Below, in pieces: positions 52,153 through 64,000 of a stretch of DNA of 64,000 nucleotides (position 1 is its first letter; each line of letters starts with the position of its first letter). Position numbers and translations under genes: made by a program. The DNA lies in the NCBI RefSeq assembly GCF_009914755.1, contig NC_060946.1; one strand, written 5' to 3'. The DNA is from the human T2T-CHM13v2.0 reference genome, Homo sapiens. The notes beneath the pieces were generated by a model. The model did not search any database and was not told the DNA's origin. It saw only the letters and a program-made list of their open reading frames with translations.

Positions 52153-54665
52153 GCCTTCCAACTCTTCTGTCAGATCCATCTTTGCCCTTTTTCTGCCTGC
52201 TTGAGTGAATACGACCAAGACCAGCTCAGGTTTTTGCTGATGCTATCACACGTGCTCCTAAAACCAGAGGGCTTAATGGTATTTTCTGTTTATCTTTACG
52301 GATTCAATGAAAAGACACCTTTTCTTACTGGTCTCCCAATGAAAACATAATCACTATGTCCACAGTAACAAAGATAGCCCTCGTTGTTGTCTGCTGGGAT
52401 GAGAAGAGCAGCAGAAGTTTGGCAGGTATGGCCCTCATGGGCTTCACATGTCCCTACATCTGGCCCTGGCTTTGCTGATCACCCTTTGGGCTCTGAACCC
52501 GCAGGGAAGTTAGGTTTCTCTTTCTTTTGAGATTGCCTCTGGAAGAGCTGCTCTGTTCCCAGGTGCAGGGCAGCCCCTCCGCAGTAAGGACCCAGCTCTC
52601 AGAGCCATGAAGGCCTCAAGCCTCCAGGTTGACTCCACATTTCTAGTGCTTGTCTCTGGTTCTTTGGTTGGAAAGATGTTGGATGAATAGAAGTTCTCTG
52701 AGACCTAGGCTTTGTGAATCCAACCCCCATTAAATCCAGGGATCTTTTTAACGAATAAAATGAATCAGGGCCCAGTGATGGTGGGGAAATGGGACGTGAG
52801 GGTTCCTCAGGCCAGTAGTATGGGGAGAACATCCAAAAAGAAAGGAGGGGTTCCACTTTTGAGAATTGTCTTTTTATATCCATCCACATATTGATGAAAA
52901 TTATAAAATTAGACTAAAATACCTTAAATATATAACATGGTCAAAAGAAAAGAGGTATTACCAGGATAATATTAAATAGTAAAAGAAGTCAGAGGCGAAA
53001 CAGAGCAAGAGACACTTTTTTTCTGACAGCATCATTCTTATGGGCTATAATGCCAAGGCTTGTGCAGTAGGAGCTGAAGGAATCTCACAGGCGACCCTCA
53101 CGACAATAATGACAATAACAAAATAAGTCAACCTCTAAAAGAAGCCCATGTAGAATTATCCCCAGGTATGAACCACCTGGAGGCTCAGCAGAACATTAAG
53201 CCTTAGATTGGGTTCAAGATGACCACAGACTGGTGATGACCACAGGCCCCTGGGAGCAACACACTCACACGCCTGGTGATGCTGATATCTGGTAAATCAT
53301 CACTGTGCATCCTGAAACACATTCTGTGATTAGCTCTTTGCAGACCATAACTAACATGAAAGAAATAATGCCTCAGCTGTAAACACTGCAGAGAGGACCC
53401 ACTCATTCTACTCCCTTAGGTCATGAGTTGAAAGATCCATTTGCAATGGTCAGGATGTCCTTCCAGAAGAGCTGGGTCTGTTCTGAGGGGCCACCCGACT
53501 TGGGATCGGAGCCCAGCAGGGGGTGCTGTTGGACTGTTCCTGAGAGGGCAGGGCTCTGGGCCAGGCCACATAGGAAAATACTGGTTCTCATACACTTGAG
53601 CAAGCAGTGTCCTCACTGAAGTATGACTTCCTGCACCTGCACCACCGAGCAGGAGCCACTTCCTGCACCTCAGGAGCCACTGAGCACTAGACTCACACGC
53701 CAATGCTTCCTATTTTATCCTCCGCCCTCATGGAGTCCTTGTCCAAGCCTGCCCTTCAAGCAGAGACAAATCACACAGCAGGAACAAATTTGCTCAAAGG
53801 AACTTGAACTACAATGTTTCCTGGGCACAGAATGAGAAACACTTGGAATTGGGGAAGTTCCCATCCTAACAACTTAGACTCAGGAAGAAGAACCCTGGAG
53901 CTTCTCCAGCATGGCCAGAATCTCAGTCCACTTCAAAATCCTCAGTCTTTAGATCAGGAGTTCTTTTAGGGATGAGGTCAAGGTTTCTGGGTGCACATTA
54001 CCACTGCCTTCCAGTCCTATCGTCTGGGCATGAGGAGCTTGTTATCTCGTTCTATCCATTATTTCTAAACCTCCTTGTAGAGGGCTGGGTTAGAGAGTGC
54101 TAACTGCCATTTATACAGTCTGGACCTTTGTATAAAATTATAAACACACACACATACACACACACACACAAACACAAACACACATACTTATTTTGATGTT
54201 CCAGCGAAAGAGTAAAACTAAACTCAACAGAAACAGAAACAGATTTGAATAATACAAGACAATCTCATTAATGAACATAGAAGCAAAACTCTCTCAGAAT
54301 ATTAGCAATTAGAGTCCATTTTATATCAATGAAGGATTATCTTGAGCATCTGGGAGGATGTGGGTTGAGACATTTGCACAGTCATTGGAAGACAGTGAAC
54401 ATGATTTTTGAAAAAACAGCATGTTTAGAGATATCAACCAGAGGTCAGATGCTTCAATCAGAGAAAGATCCTCTGAGTTCTCAGGGCTGCTTCCCTGAAA
54501 AGCTACGGGAGAAGGAAATGGAGTGACTGGACACAATGCCAGGGGATTCATTGACCCTTTGGCTTCCCATGGGCAGCATGCATCAGCATGGTCTTACAAG
54601 GATGAAAAAGGGCATCCCTCAAAAAAGACCGACCATTTCCCCAGAAATTAATAAAGAAATATCAT

Positions 54666-54963
54666 GGCCGGGCGTGGTGGCTCACGCCTGTAATACCAGC
54701 ACTTTGGGAGGTGGGCGGATCAGGAGGTCAGGAGATCGAGACCATCTTGGCTAACACAGTGAAATCCCATCTCTACTAAAAATACAAAAAATTAGCTGGG
54801 TGCGGTGGCAGGCGCCTGCAATCCCAGCTACTCAGGAGGCTGAGGCAGGAGAATGGTGTGAACCCAGGAGGCGGAGCTTGCAGTGAGCCTAGATAGCACC
54901 ATTGCAGTCCGGCCTGGGCGAAAGAGCGAGACTGTCTCAAAAAAAAAAAAAAAAAAAAAAAAA
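54666..54963 (+). mobile_element. AluY-like
   Basis: Alu dimer with gatcgagaccatc and a long poly(A). Confidence 0.93.
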
Positions 54964-55660
54964 TCACAGTATTTTCACCAGTGCATTTCTGTTTGAGCGA
55001 ATATGTTGGGTGAAGAAATATATAATATATACTTTTCTAAATGAAATTTTTATCTCACAAAATTGTAGAATTAAATTTTTGTTTTGGATAAGAAATCAAG
55101 AAACAATCACACACATTCTTATGATCTCATGAAAACCAGGTATAGGAAAGGAAGTGACGACCCCAAAATTCATCTAAAAAGTGAAGGTTTTGGTTCAAAG
55201 ATAAGAGGGTTGTCATGTTCAAGACAAAGTCACTACCATTCGTGGTATTTAAAGCTGTTGGTACAAGTGCCTATCATTGCCGATTCCCTTCAAATTTCTT
55301 GTGTATGTTTGGATCTTAAACATGAGCACACACAAAAAGAGAAACAGCAAAACTAGAAAACAGATTTACCTTTTTGAGTTTCCAACTGGAGGAGAAAATG
55401 AACAAAGAGTAAGAATATCACATGATAATGGGAGGAGGAGTGTTAGGAAGGTGATGAGGAGCAGTTCAGCCTTCCCAGCTTGGGGACAGTCTTAGTGGAG
55501 CAGAGAAACCTCCTTCCTGCTGCCACCTGACTCTCTAGAGTAGATGAAGAATAAATAACTAAACATAAAAAGCCCTTAGGAAAAAGATTGTCATGATGTC
55601 AGTGCTATTAATAGTTCAGTTAATAATTCTGTAAGAATATGCAAAAACTTACTGGCTTTT

Positions 55661-55774
55661 TAAAAATTTTTATTTATTTATTTCTTTTGAGACGGAGTCT
55701 CGCCCTGTCGCCCAGGTTGGAGTGCAGTGGCGCGATCTCGGCTCACTGCAAGTTCCGCCTCCAGGGTTCAGGCC
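55661..55774 (-). mobile_element. Severely 5'-truncated Alu (3' end of right arm)
   Basis: 15-bp TSD aacttactggctttt at 55646-55660 / 55775-55789. Confidence 0.9.
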
Positions 55775-55989
55775 AACTTACTGGCTTTTATATTTGGAAT
55801 CACAACCTGAAAGGCTGCAGAACATGAAAGGAAGAAAACTCAGATTGCAGTGTTCATTCTCTTTTATATTTTGAGTTTCCTGCAAGAGCTACATCTGTTA
55901 TTATGCAAAAACAAACAGATAAGGAAACAAGAATTATCCAGCCTCAAGAGTGGAATAAAACATGCACTTTTTTTGCTTGTAGGCATAGG

Positions 55990-56350
55990 TGAGTAATTCA
56001 GACACGGCTGCTGTGGGTGACTCATTTCCCCTTATGATGGAGCCTCAGCAAAAAAGTTTCACAGATTGGGGCTGATTTGGTATGAAGGGGTTGGAATCGA
56101 CTGAAGGTGACCTCATTGAGAGTCTGCAGTGAAGCCGGCCTTGGCTGAATGACCTACCTGAGGCCTCCCATGTGGCCTGGGTTTCCAGGAAGCTGGGCAG
56201 TCCCAGAGAATTCAGAGCTCTGACTTGGTTTATAAAGTGTCACTTCCACAGAAACTGTCAGTGCCGAGAGATCACTAGTGCCAGATCTGGTTAACAGGGA
56301 GGGGCCTGATCTCACCCCTCAACGGAAGGTGACGGGAAAACAAAGGAAAA
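55990..56350 (-). mobile_element. Old MaLR (MLT1-type) LTR fragment
   Basis: ggcctcccatgtggcctggg..tgtcacttccac pattern; weak match. Confidence 0.45.
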
Positions 56351-56605
56351 GCTGTCTTCACATCAACATGGGCAGATACCACTTTAAAGCATATTCTGTA
56401 GCAGGGTTCCCACTCCAGAAGCTGTGGTACAGGATGTGTCTCCTATGGCATGGGCCAAGGGAGGGTAAAGGTGAGTTTGACATCTGTCTCAGTCACCATG
56501 AGGTTTTTCTGACAACTAAATATAAATATGTAAGGTGTCTCACAGCACAATCATGTGACAATAAATGCAGTGCGTGCCTTCAATATTGCTCTATCAAGGA
56601 GGCTT

Positions 56606-56721
56606 TCCCTCCACTCCAGGTGTGAGCACGTGGCTTGCATGTCCCTCCACTGCAGGTGTGAGCACGTGGCTTGCATGTCCCTCCACTCCAGGTGTGAGCA
56701 CGTGGCTTGCATGCCCCTCCA
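56606..56721. repeat. 36-bp minisatellite, about 3.2 copies
   Basis: tccctccact(c/g)caggtgtgagcacgtggcttgcatg starting at 56606, 56642 and 56678. Confidence 0.95.
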
Positions 56722-57505
56722 GCTTCCTGCACTGTGGTCATACTGCTGCTGCCTCATTCTCAGCCTGAGCATCCCTACACAGGCACAAACTCTATGGCTC
56801 AGGGTGGTCATCACTCTGGGTCCACAGTAGCTGGTCAGAGAGAAACTGTCTTCAGCCCTGCCCAGCAGGAGAAAAGAGCATTCCAGACTGATCAGCTGGG
56901 TTCCTGCCATCCAGGCAGAAGTCCTTGTCTGTCTGGAGGCTCAAAACATGACTGTGATTCCTTTGAGGACTCCTCCCATACCCAGGCTGTGGGCTTCGCT
57001 GCCCTCCTCAGGACCCGTGCAGCCTGTTCTATCCCTGCCTCAGCTGCAGGCAAAGCTGCTTGCCACAAGCTCCCTGCTCATAGGATGCCGGAGTCCTCCC
57101 AAGGGCTGCTCTTCCTGGAGAAGAAGGAGAACCAGGCAGTAAGGTCTACCTGAGCATCATGGGAAGGAAGTGATCCGATTCTGACTCCGGTGGGCGCACA
57201 CCCTTGGTGCTTTGTGTCTCCTGCTATCCCAGCCACAGGAGTGGGGGAAATGTGTGAGTTGTAGTCCTAGCCGGGAATAATCCATAAAAGGTGAAGGTGA
57301 GAGAAGGACACTATGCATGGTGTCACCTTGTTTTCCTCGTTGTTTCAGCGGCCTGAGTCCTGTGTTTCCTGAAAGATCTGTGGCTCGAGGTGACACGCCC
57401 TATCAGGGGACAGGAATCAAAGAGGAGAATCTCTGATGGAAAAATTCACAAAGGAAGAGGGAGATAAAAATTGGGCAACATGCTCAGGGTGAGAACGATG
57501 GCTTT

Positions 57506-57858
57506 TTGTCCTTGTGATAGTTTGCTGAGAATGATGGTTTTCAGCTTCATCCATGTCCCTACAAAGGACATGAACTCATAATTTTTTATGGGCAAGGACA
57601 AACAACCAAACACCGCATGTTCTCACTCATAGGTGGGAATCGAACAATGAGAACACATGGACACAGGAAGGAGAACATCACACACCGGGGCCTGTTGTGG
57701 GGTGGGGGGAGTGGGGAGGGATAGCATTAGGAAATACACCTAATGTAAATGATGAGTTAATGGGTGCAGCACACCAACATGGCACATGTATACATATGTA
57801 ACAAACCTGCACGTTGTGCACGTGTACCCTAAAACTTAAAGTAAAATAAAAAAAAAAA
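57506..57858 (+). mobile_element. Short L1 3' end with 5' inversion (twin priming)
   Basis: Antisense L1 piece 57506-57591 joined to a sense 3'UTR/poly(A) at 57592-57858. Degenerate TSD aa(c/a)ga(t/c)ggcttt at 57494-57505 / 57856-57867. Confidence 0.88.
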
Positions 57859-57984
57859 GACGGCTTTGTGTCAAGGGCTATTTATTTAGTGTCTCTCGTT
57901 CCCATTATTAAATAATTTAACAACAAAAATTGCCTTTTCTATGAATTTTCAGGAAATTCTAACCATCATTCCTTTATTAAATAT

Positions 57985-58114
57985 CTAGATATGTACATCT
58001 ACACATATGCATATACATGTGCATATATAGACATATATTATATTATATATATTTGTGTGTATGCATGTGTGTATATATTTATATATATATACATGCATGT
58101 GTATATACACACAC
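57985..58114. repeat. Low-complexity (TA/CA/TG)n tract
   Basis: Visible directly. Confidence 0.85.
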
Positions 58115-60227
58115 AAGGACAAATTAAGAAATATGGGAATATAGTATACTTCTTTAATTTCTTAATAATGTCCATTTATATCTAAAAAAAAGATACCCCT
58201 AAGGTTGAACCACTAGAATCATTTTATTTTTAATGTGGAACAATAGAAAGCTTATGGCCCATAAAGATATTGGATAACATATTTTTCTAGCAATATGAGA
58301 AATAAGCAAAAGTGTAAAACATTTAAATACAATAATTTAATTCAAAAAATATGAAATAATTTGTATTTTTTAGTTGCTATGTTTATCTACCAAGAAGGCA
58401 TTATATTATTCTGATGTTCTTACACATTGTTGAATTAAAGCTTGTTAAATACAAATGTTATCATATGTGCAAATAGCATATCAACATTTCTTTTTCTCTC
58501 ATATATTTTCAGAAATCACTTTAAAATGTAGCAGTTCATAATGTTGACAAAATATCAAAATCTATAAACTCTGGGTTTAAAAAACAATGAAATACACAGT
58601 ACACATAAGAAAATAGTGTCAAAGCTCACTACTATAAGAGACAATGATCAATATTGAAATTTTCTCTTACATGAAGACGCTCAAAACATTTTAGCAGTGA
58701 CTAGTGAGGTTGTATCCATTCTCTTATGTTTATATTTATGTTTAAAATATTGTCCTTGAGAAGGAGTGTAGGTAGGTATAAGCAGAGGTGGCTGTGCGGA
58801 TCCAAGATTCTAGCCTGCCCCCTTGATACAGCCCATTACCCTAGTCCCATCCAATCTCACACATGGCCCATCATCATCTTCTGACTTGAGCGGGGAGAGA
58901 GACAGTGGGTAGAGAGGGAGGAAAGGAGTTAGTTCAGAGCATAGGAGACGTGGTCAGAGAGTTGGCAGAGGGAGGGAGGGAGGCAGATACTGTGGGTTCA
59001 CGTGGTGCTTTGACAACTGTGGATTTACTTCTGAATGAAGCATGAAGTCATTGAGAGTGTGGAACAGTAAAATGATATTGCAAAATAAAGTAAACTAAGA
59101 TTCCAGTGAGCATGTTGGGAATCACAAACACTCACAGCTGGGTGAATAAACAAGTTCTGCCATCTGGAGAAAAGTTCCTCAGCACACAAGGAGAAGTGTG
59201 TTTGCCTCTGTCAAGCAGAAGTCCACCTATACAGAGACACAAGGAAATGTTTATAAAGAGATCCTTATTCGGAGCAAAGTATTGGAAGCAACATAGGTGT
59301 TCAACACAAGTGGAATTTATAACACAAGGAGAAGATAAAATGCTAGCCAGTTGGAAGTAATACAACTTCTTATGCGACACGAATAAAAATATAATTATCA
59401 GTTGAAAAACAATAACAACAAACTCCCACCAAATTAAACAAAATCAAAAGCTCTCAAGAAAAAAACAATGTGCCACTTATTTTAAAGCAGAAACATGCAT
59501 AACGAATTCTTCAAGCTTATATAACGGGCTTTTTGGAAAGTAGACTGGAGGCACATTATTTCACATAAATGGGTGTCTTAGGAAGAGATGGAGACACGTA
59601 TAATGGCTAAAAAATGAAATAAATCCATAGAGAGGTTTTTAGTGTCTAGTGATAAAAGTACTAATAATATTATGTAATTAAATTCCAAAAAATTAATACA
59701 GAAAAATATTCTTGATTTGGGGGTGGTAACAGATGATTAAGTAAAGCGAGTTTACATGAGCTGCTGATGCAGTGGATGACAAGCTCTCTGCAGCTCATTG
59801 TTAGTGAGAAGGGCACTGCTTTGCCAGAAACCCCTTTTATTTAGATTTCTCATGGTCCCTGGGTCCCTCTCCAACACCATGAGCAGCTTCAGAAGAGGAT
59901 CAGGATAACCAGTGACTCTCTGGCTACCATGGCCCAGTTGTGTCCGAGAGGTAAGAAAGGTTCGGGATCTTGGACAGAGTGGGACAGTGGGAGAAATTCC
60001 TGAGATGGCCCCAACCAGCCTGGAAACCACTCAGAACCTGCAGGGAAGTTTAGCCATCAGGGTGCTCTTGAGACTCGGTTTGGGCTGCAACACAGACCTG
60101 TGGGGACAGGGGTCACCATAAGCCAGGCCACCTCCACCCCTGGGTCAGCTCATCTCCTCCCTCTCTGATTCAGATCTTTGAGTAACCAGCACATGGAGGC
60201 CCGGGAAAAGTCAGAGAGCAAGATCTT

Positions 60228-60276
60228 ATTTAAATGCTGTGACTCCACCCCCATGAAGGCTTTGGGAGCTATAAAA
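60228..60276 (+). promoter_or_regulatory. IGLV10-54 promoter: non-canonical octamer + TATA box
   Basis: ATTTAAAT 60228-60235 at the octamer position (112 bp before the ATG); TATAAAA 60270-60276. Confidence 0.75.
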
Positions 60277-60339
60277 AAGAGACTTAGGGGAGCCCAGTCT
60301 CCAAACAGAGCTTCAGCAAGCATAGTGGGAATCTGCACC

Positions 60340-60804
60340 ATGCCCTGGGCTCTGCTCCTCCTGACCCTCCTCACTCACTCTGCAGGTGAGAGTGGACCTT
60401 ACCCAGGGATCTGCACCCACCTCTGCTCCAGCTTCTCCACTCCCTGGCTCAGTGGACTCTGATCCTGCTCTCACATTCCTTTCTGTCCCCTCTACAGTGT
60501 CAGTGGTCCAGGCAGGGCTGACTCAGCCACCCTCGGTGTCCAAGGGCTTGAGACAGACCGCCACACTCACCTGCACTGGGAACAGCAACAATGTTGGCAA
60601 CCAAGGAGCAGCTTGGCTGCAGCAGCACCAGGGCCACCCTCCCAAACTCCTATCCTACAGGAATAACAACCGGCCCTCAGGGATCTCAGAGAGATTCTCT
60701 GCATCCAGGTCAGGAAACACAGCCTCCCTGACCATTACTGGACTCCAGCCTGAGGACGAGGCTGACTATTACTGCTCAGCATGGGACAGCAGCCTCAGTG
60801 CTCA
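60340..60804 (+). CDS. IGLV10-54: Ig lambda variable 10-54 (functional V segment)
   Basis: Leader 60340-60385 ([15 protein letters not shown]), intron 60386-60497. V exon: [98 protein letters not shown]. Confidence 0.98.
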
Positions 60805-60843
60805 CACAGTGCCTCAGGCCAGTGGGGAAGTGAGATAAAAACT
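60805..60843 (+). other. 23-RSS of IGLV10-54
   Basis: CACAGTG 60805-60811, 23-nt spacer, ATAAAAACT 60835-60843. Confidence 0.95.
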
Positions 60844-62710
60844 CAAGAGCTCCCTCGGCCTCACTGAACAGGCCTCACAGAGCACTGTTTAAACTGGACC
60901 CCCCAAAAGACAAGGGATGCATTCACAATAGTGTACACTATTTAGGACTGTTAAAAATAGGAACATGAAGTGAAATTAGCAAGCCTGCCTTATTAACAAA
61001 TGTGTGTAGGGAACATCATTGTTTATATATTAGTAGTTACATATATATAATACTAGTGCATGAACATACATATGCACTAGCAATTAGTAAAAAAGAAACA
61101 CTAGGTTTAACTAAGGAAATATTTATTATTCCAGAGTTTTCTTATCCATTCCATTTGAAGATGCTGGGATCAAGTCACCGAGGGTGCTGCTCTCTGGCCT
61201 TGAGAATCCACTCAGCAGGGCCACCAGCAGCCCCTCCCTTCTGTGGCCTGCTCATGCCCTGTCTTCTCATTAGAATCCCCTTCCCTGCTGTCACAGGGAT
61301 CCCTGGACTCCTCCAGATCCAAATATGTCCAATACATTTGGTTGAGGCCTCCTGGGCCCCACATTACTGTGTAATCTCAACACCCACACACTCAAAACAG
61401 TGTTCCCATGCGTGTTCTTCTTTCCACTCATCACTGTCCTCTAACAGCCATGGGCAGTGTGTGGAGAGAGCAGGTGAAGTTGGAGCTTTGGGGTACAGTT
61501 GACAGAGATGTTGACATTTTGAGAAAAAGAAAACACCTATATAGCTGTTTTCAGGATAATTTTCCATCAAGATAAAAATCCACGCATGAGAGCATCACTC
61601 TTCCAGTGATGAATGCATGGAGGATCCTTCTCACTCTATTGTTGGGTAGTGACACCTGGGAAACTTACTGTGTTATTTAGTGTGCAGACAGCTGGTAAAC
61701 CACTCAGCTGACTCTAGGGAAGTTGACCAAACAGTGTCCCCACTGATGTGTGACTTTTCTCCACCCATGAGGCCCCACTACCCTGTCACCTCCTGAGTCC
61801 GCCTTTCCCATTGCGTTGCTTTAGATTTGAGGCATCTCTCTCTTACCTCTTTAAAGTCTTTACCCAAGTCTGGTTCAGGAAGTGCTGATACACGGTGAGA
61901 ACCCAGGGTGCATATGGATGGAGTGATTCTGTGCCTAGGAGAGCCTGGCCAGGGGATCCAACATAGCTTGTGGCCATCCTCCCCGCAGTGGAGCTTCTGG
62001 AGACAGAGCTCTGAGGTGTCCCCACCACACCCTGGGGCCTTTCTCCCTCAGTTCTTTATAAAAGGGATATTTGTCATGGGCTTAGGGGAAGAGGCCGCTG
62101 AGGTCACACAAGACCTGCCTTCTTGCTCTGGCTCACAAGGCACAAGTGAGCTGTGACCCTGGACTCTGTGTCAGTGCTGTGGTCACTTGGTCAGAACTAA
62201 GGGAAGCTGGAGAAATGTGGGTAGCTTTGATGCAGTCTGGCACCAGAAGCTCCATCCTGAAGCACTCTGAAGGTGCTGATGGCTGTTCACTGTGCTGCAC
62301 CCTGAGCAGGAGGATGATCATCATCGCAGACCTAGGGTGACAGCCTCAGAGCTGAAATATTCCTCCTGGCCCTGAGAAAAGTGGGCTAAAGTTCTCCCTT
62401 CTGCGTGTGTTACCCAGTGGTTTGCCCCCCTTTCATCACCTGTGACCAACATGGGCTCATTGGGGATATTTGTGCTGTCATTTCTGGCACAAGAACCCAA
62501 AGATCTAAGACCATAAAATGCATTTGGTCTTTCATACTGTCTATTCCCATCAGGGCAGACATCTATCCATTAATACATTTTATTTAATTTTCTTGTCTAA
62601 TATTTTCAGAGCAATGATGAGTAATGAGTGAGGTAAGGGGTACCTTTGCATTTTTTTGATCTCAGGGAAAATGTCCTCCATGCAGTAAGATGATGACTCC
62701 GGACCAAGAC

Positions 62711-62712
<2 letters not shown>

Positions 62713-62767
<55 letters not shown>

Positions 62768-62804
62768 CGCGCGTGCACGTGCACACGTGCACACGCATGT
62801 GTGT
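62713..62804. repeat. (GT)n(GC)n alternating purine-pyrimidine tract
   Basis: 92 bp of uninterrupted RY alternation, embedded in an old antisense L1M fragment. Confidence 0.95.
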
Positions 62805-63044
62805 TACCATATCATAAACAAATTTATCTGTTTCTGTATTCTTACCTGATTTTTATTAGGGATAGATATTAAAATTTGCCAAACACATTAAAAATCTATT
62901 GATACAATATGATCTTTGGTTGTGATGTAATAATATGGTATTATACCAAAACTTTTATTAATGTTGAACCCAACCATTATTTTAAGTATAAATCCCACTT
63001 GACAATGGTGTATAAATGTGTAAATCTGGTGTTGAAATCAGTTC

Positions 63045-63225
63045 GTTCCTCAAATTTCCTGGTTCAAGTGATCCTCCCACCTCAGCTCCTTGAGTAGCCG
63101 GGATTCCAAGTGGGTGTCACCATGCCTGGCTAATTAAAAACAAATTTTATTTGTCTCAACATATTGCCCAGTCTGGTCTCGAACTCCTGGGCACAAGCGA
63201 TCCTCCTGCCTCAGCCTCCCAGAAT
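63045..63225 (-). mobile_element. AluJ/FLAM fragment
   Basis: ttcaagtgatcctcccacctcagc..ctggtctcgaactcctgggcacaagcgatcctcctgcctcagcctccc. Confidence 0.8.
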
Positions 63226-63394
63226 GAGTTAACATTTTATTTTAAAATTTTGCATTAATATGTTTATTTTATTTTTTATTTTTAAAATTTTAACTTTTAT
63301 TTTAAATTCAGGTGGTACATGTGCAGGTTTGTTACAAGGGTATATTGTGTGATGTTGAAGTACACAATTTTATCTTTTTAAATTGCTCTTAATA

Positions 63395-63975
63395 CATATT
63401 TTTAATTTAAATTTCAACTTTTATTTTAAATATAGCAGGTACACGCGCAGGTTTGTTACATGGGTGTATTGCACCCGGGTTGTGAGCATTGTACCCAACA
63501 GGTAGTTTTTTACACCATTCCCTCCTCTCCCTCCCCCTCCTAGCAGTGCCCAGTGTCTATTGTTCTCATGTTTATGCCATGCGTGCTCAATGTTTATCTC
63601 CCACTTAAAAATGAGAACACGTGGTATTTGGCTTTCTGTCCCTGTGTTAGTTGCCTAGGATTATGTCCCCCTGCTGCATCCATGTTGCTTCAAAGGACAT
63701 TATTTTATTCCTTTTTATGGATGCATAGTATTCCATGGGGTATATAAACTATATTTTCTTTATCCAACCCACCACTGACGGGCACCTAGGTTGATCCCAT
63801 GTCTTTGGTATTGTGAATAGTGTGGTGGTGAATATACAAGTGCATGTGGCCTTTGGGTATAATGATCTATTTGTCTTTGGATAGATACCCTGTAATGGGA
63901 TTGCTGGGTCAAATGGTAGCTCTGTTTTAAGTTCTTTGAGAAGTCTTCAAACTGCTTTCCACAATGCCTGAAATA
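63395..63975 (-). mobile_element. Older L1 (L1PA13-17/L1PB-like) 3' end; a second short 3' fragment lies at about 63265-63360
   Basis: Antisense L1 3'UTR (caggtttgttacatgggt, gagaacacgtggtatttgg, gctgggtcaaatggtagctct). Confidence 0.85.
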
Positions 63976-64000
63976 TGGTGTATACATGTTTTCTTTACTC

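Noticed and set aside
56606-56721. 36-bp repeats as a CRISPR-like array
   Set aside because: The units are directly adjacent with no spacers, and the context is human genomic DNA; this is a minisatellite.
57140-57420. Mildly CpG-containing stretch with an ACTACAACTC-like (ZNF143/THAP11-type) motif on the minus strand as a promoter
   Set aside because: Partial motif only, with no associated exon structure that I can support.
61990-62340. Possible V relic (gagctctgaggtgtccccacc leader-like; CTLSRRMIIIA)
   Set aside because: Only two short motifs, with no FR2, FR3 or RSS support; not distinguishable from chance. I do not assign it to IGLV(IV)-53.

Overview
Human (hominid) genomic DNA from the distal V-gene cluster of the immunoglobulin lambda locus (IGL, 22q11.2). 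The recognisable V genes all lie on the + strand, in the order IGLV4-60, IGLV(IV)-59, IGLV(V)-58, IGLV6-57, IGLV(I)-56, IGLV11-55, IGLV10-54. At least seven more decayed, unnamed V relics are interspersed. There are three retrocopies: SOCS2 (- strand), BMP6 (+) and OTUD1 (+). Repeats are dense: a full-length but dead L1, several truncated, nested or twin-primed L1s, Alus, LTRs and MITEs. IGLV6-57 and IGLV10-54 are intact with 23-RSSs, and IGLV11-55 is open but has a 19-bp RSS spacer. In this haplotype IGLV4-60 carries a 1-bp FR2 deletion and a premature stop, so it reads as a null allele. Other points of interest: two inverted L1s sharing many variants including an ORF2 frameshift; an apparent L1-associated deletion that removed the 3' end of BMP6P1; a mosaic origin for IGLV4-60; two V relics fused in frame; co-oriented CTCF motifs upstream of V promoters; and a 36-bp VNTR built from Ig-enhancer-like motifs. 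I found no convincing evidence of a wholly new biological system; the novelty here is allelic, structural and evolutionary. Allele numbers, repeat subfamilies and reference sequences are recalled from memory, not searched.
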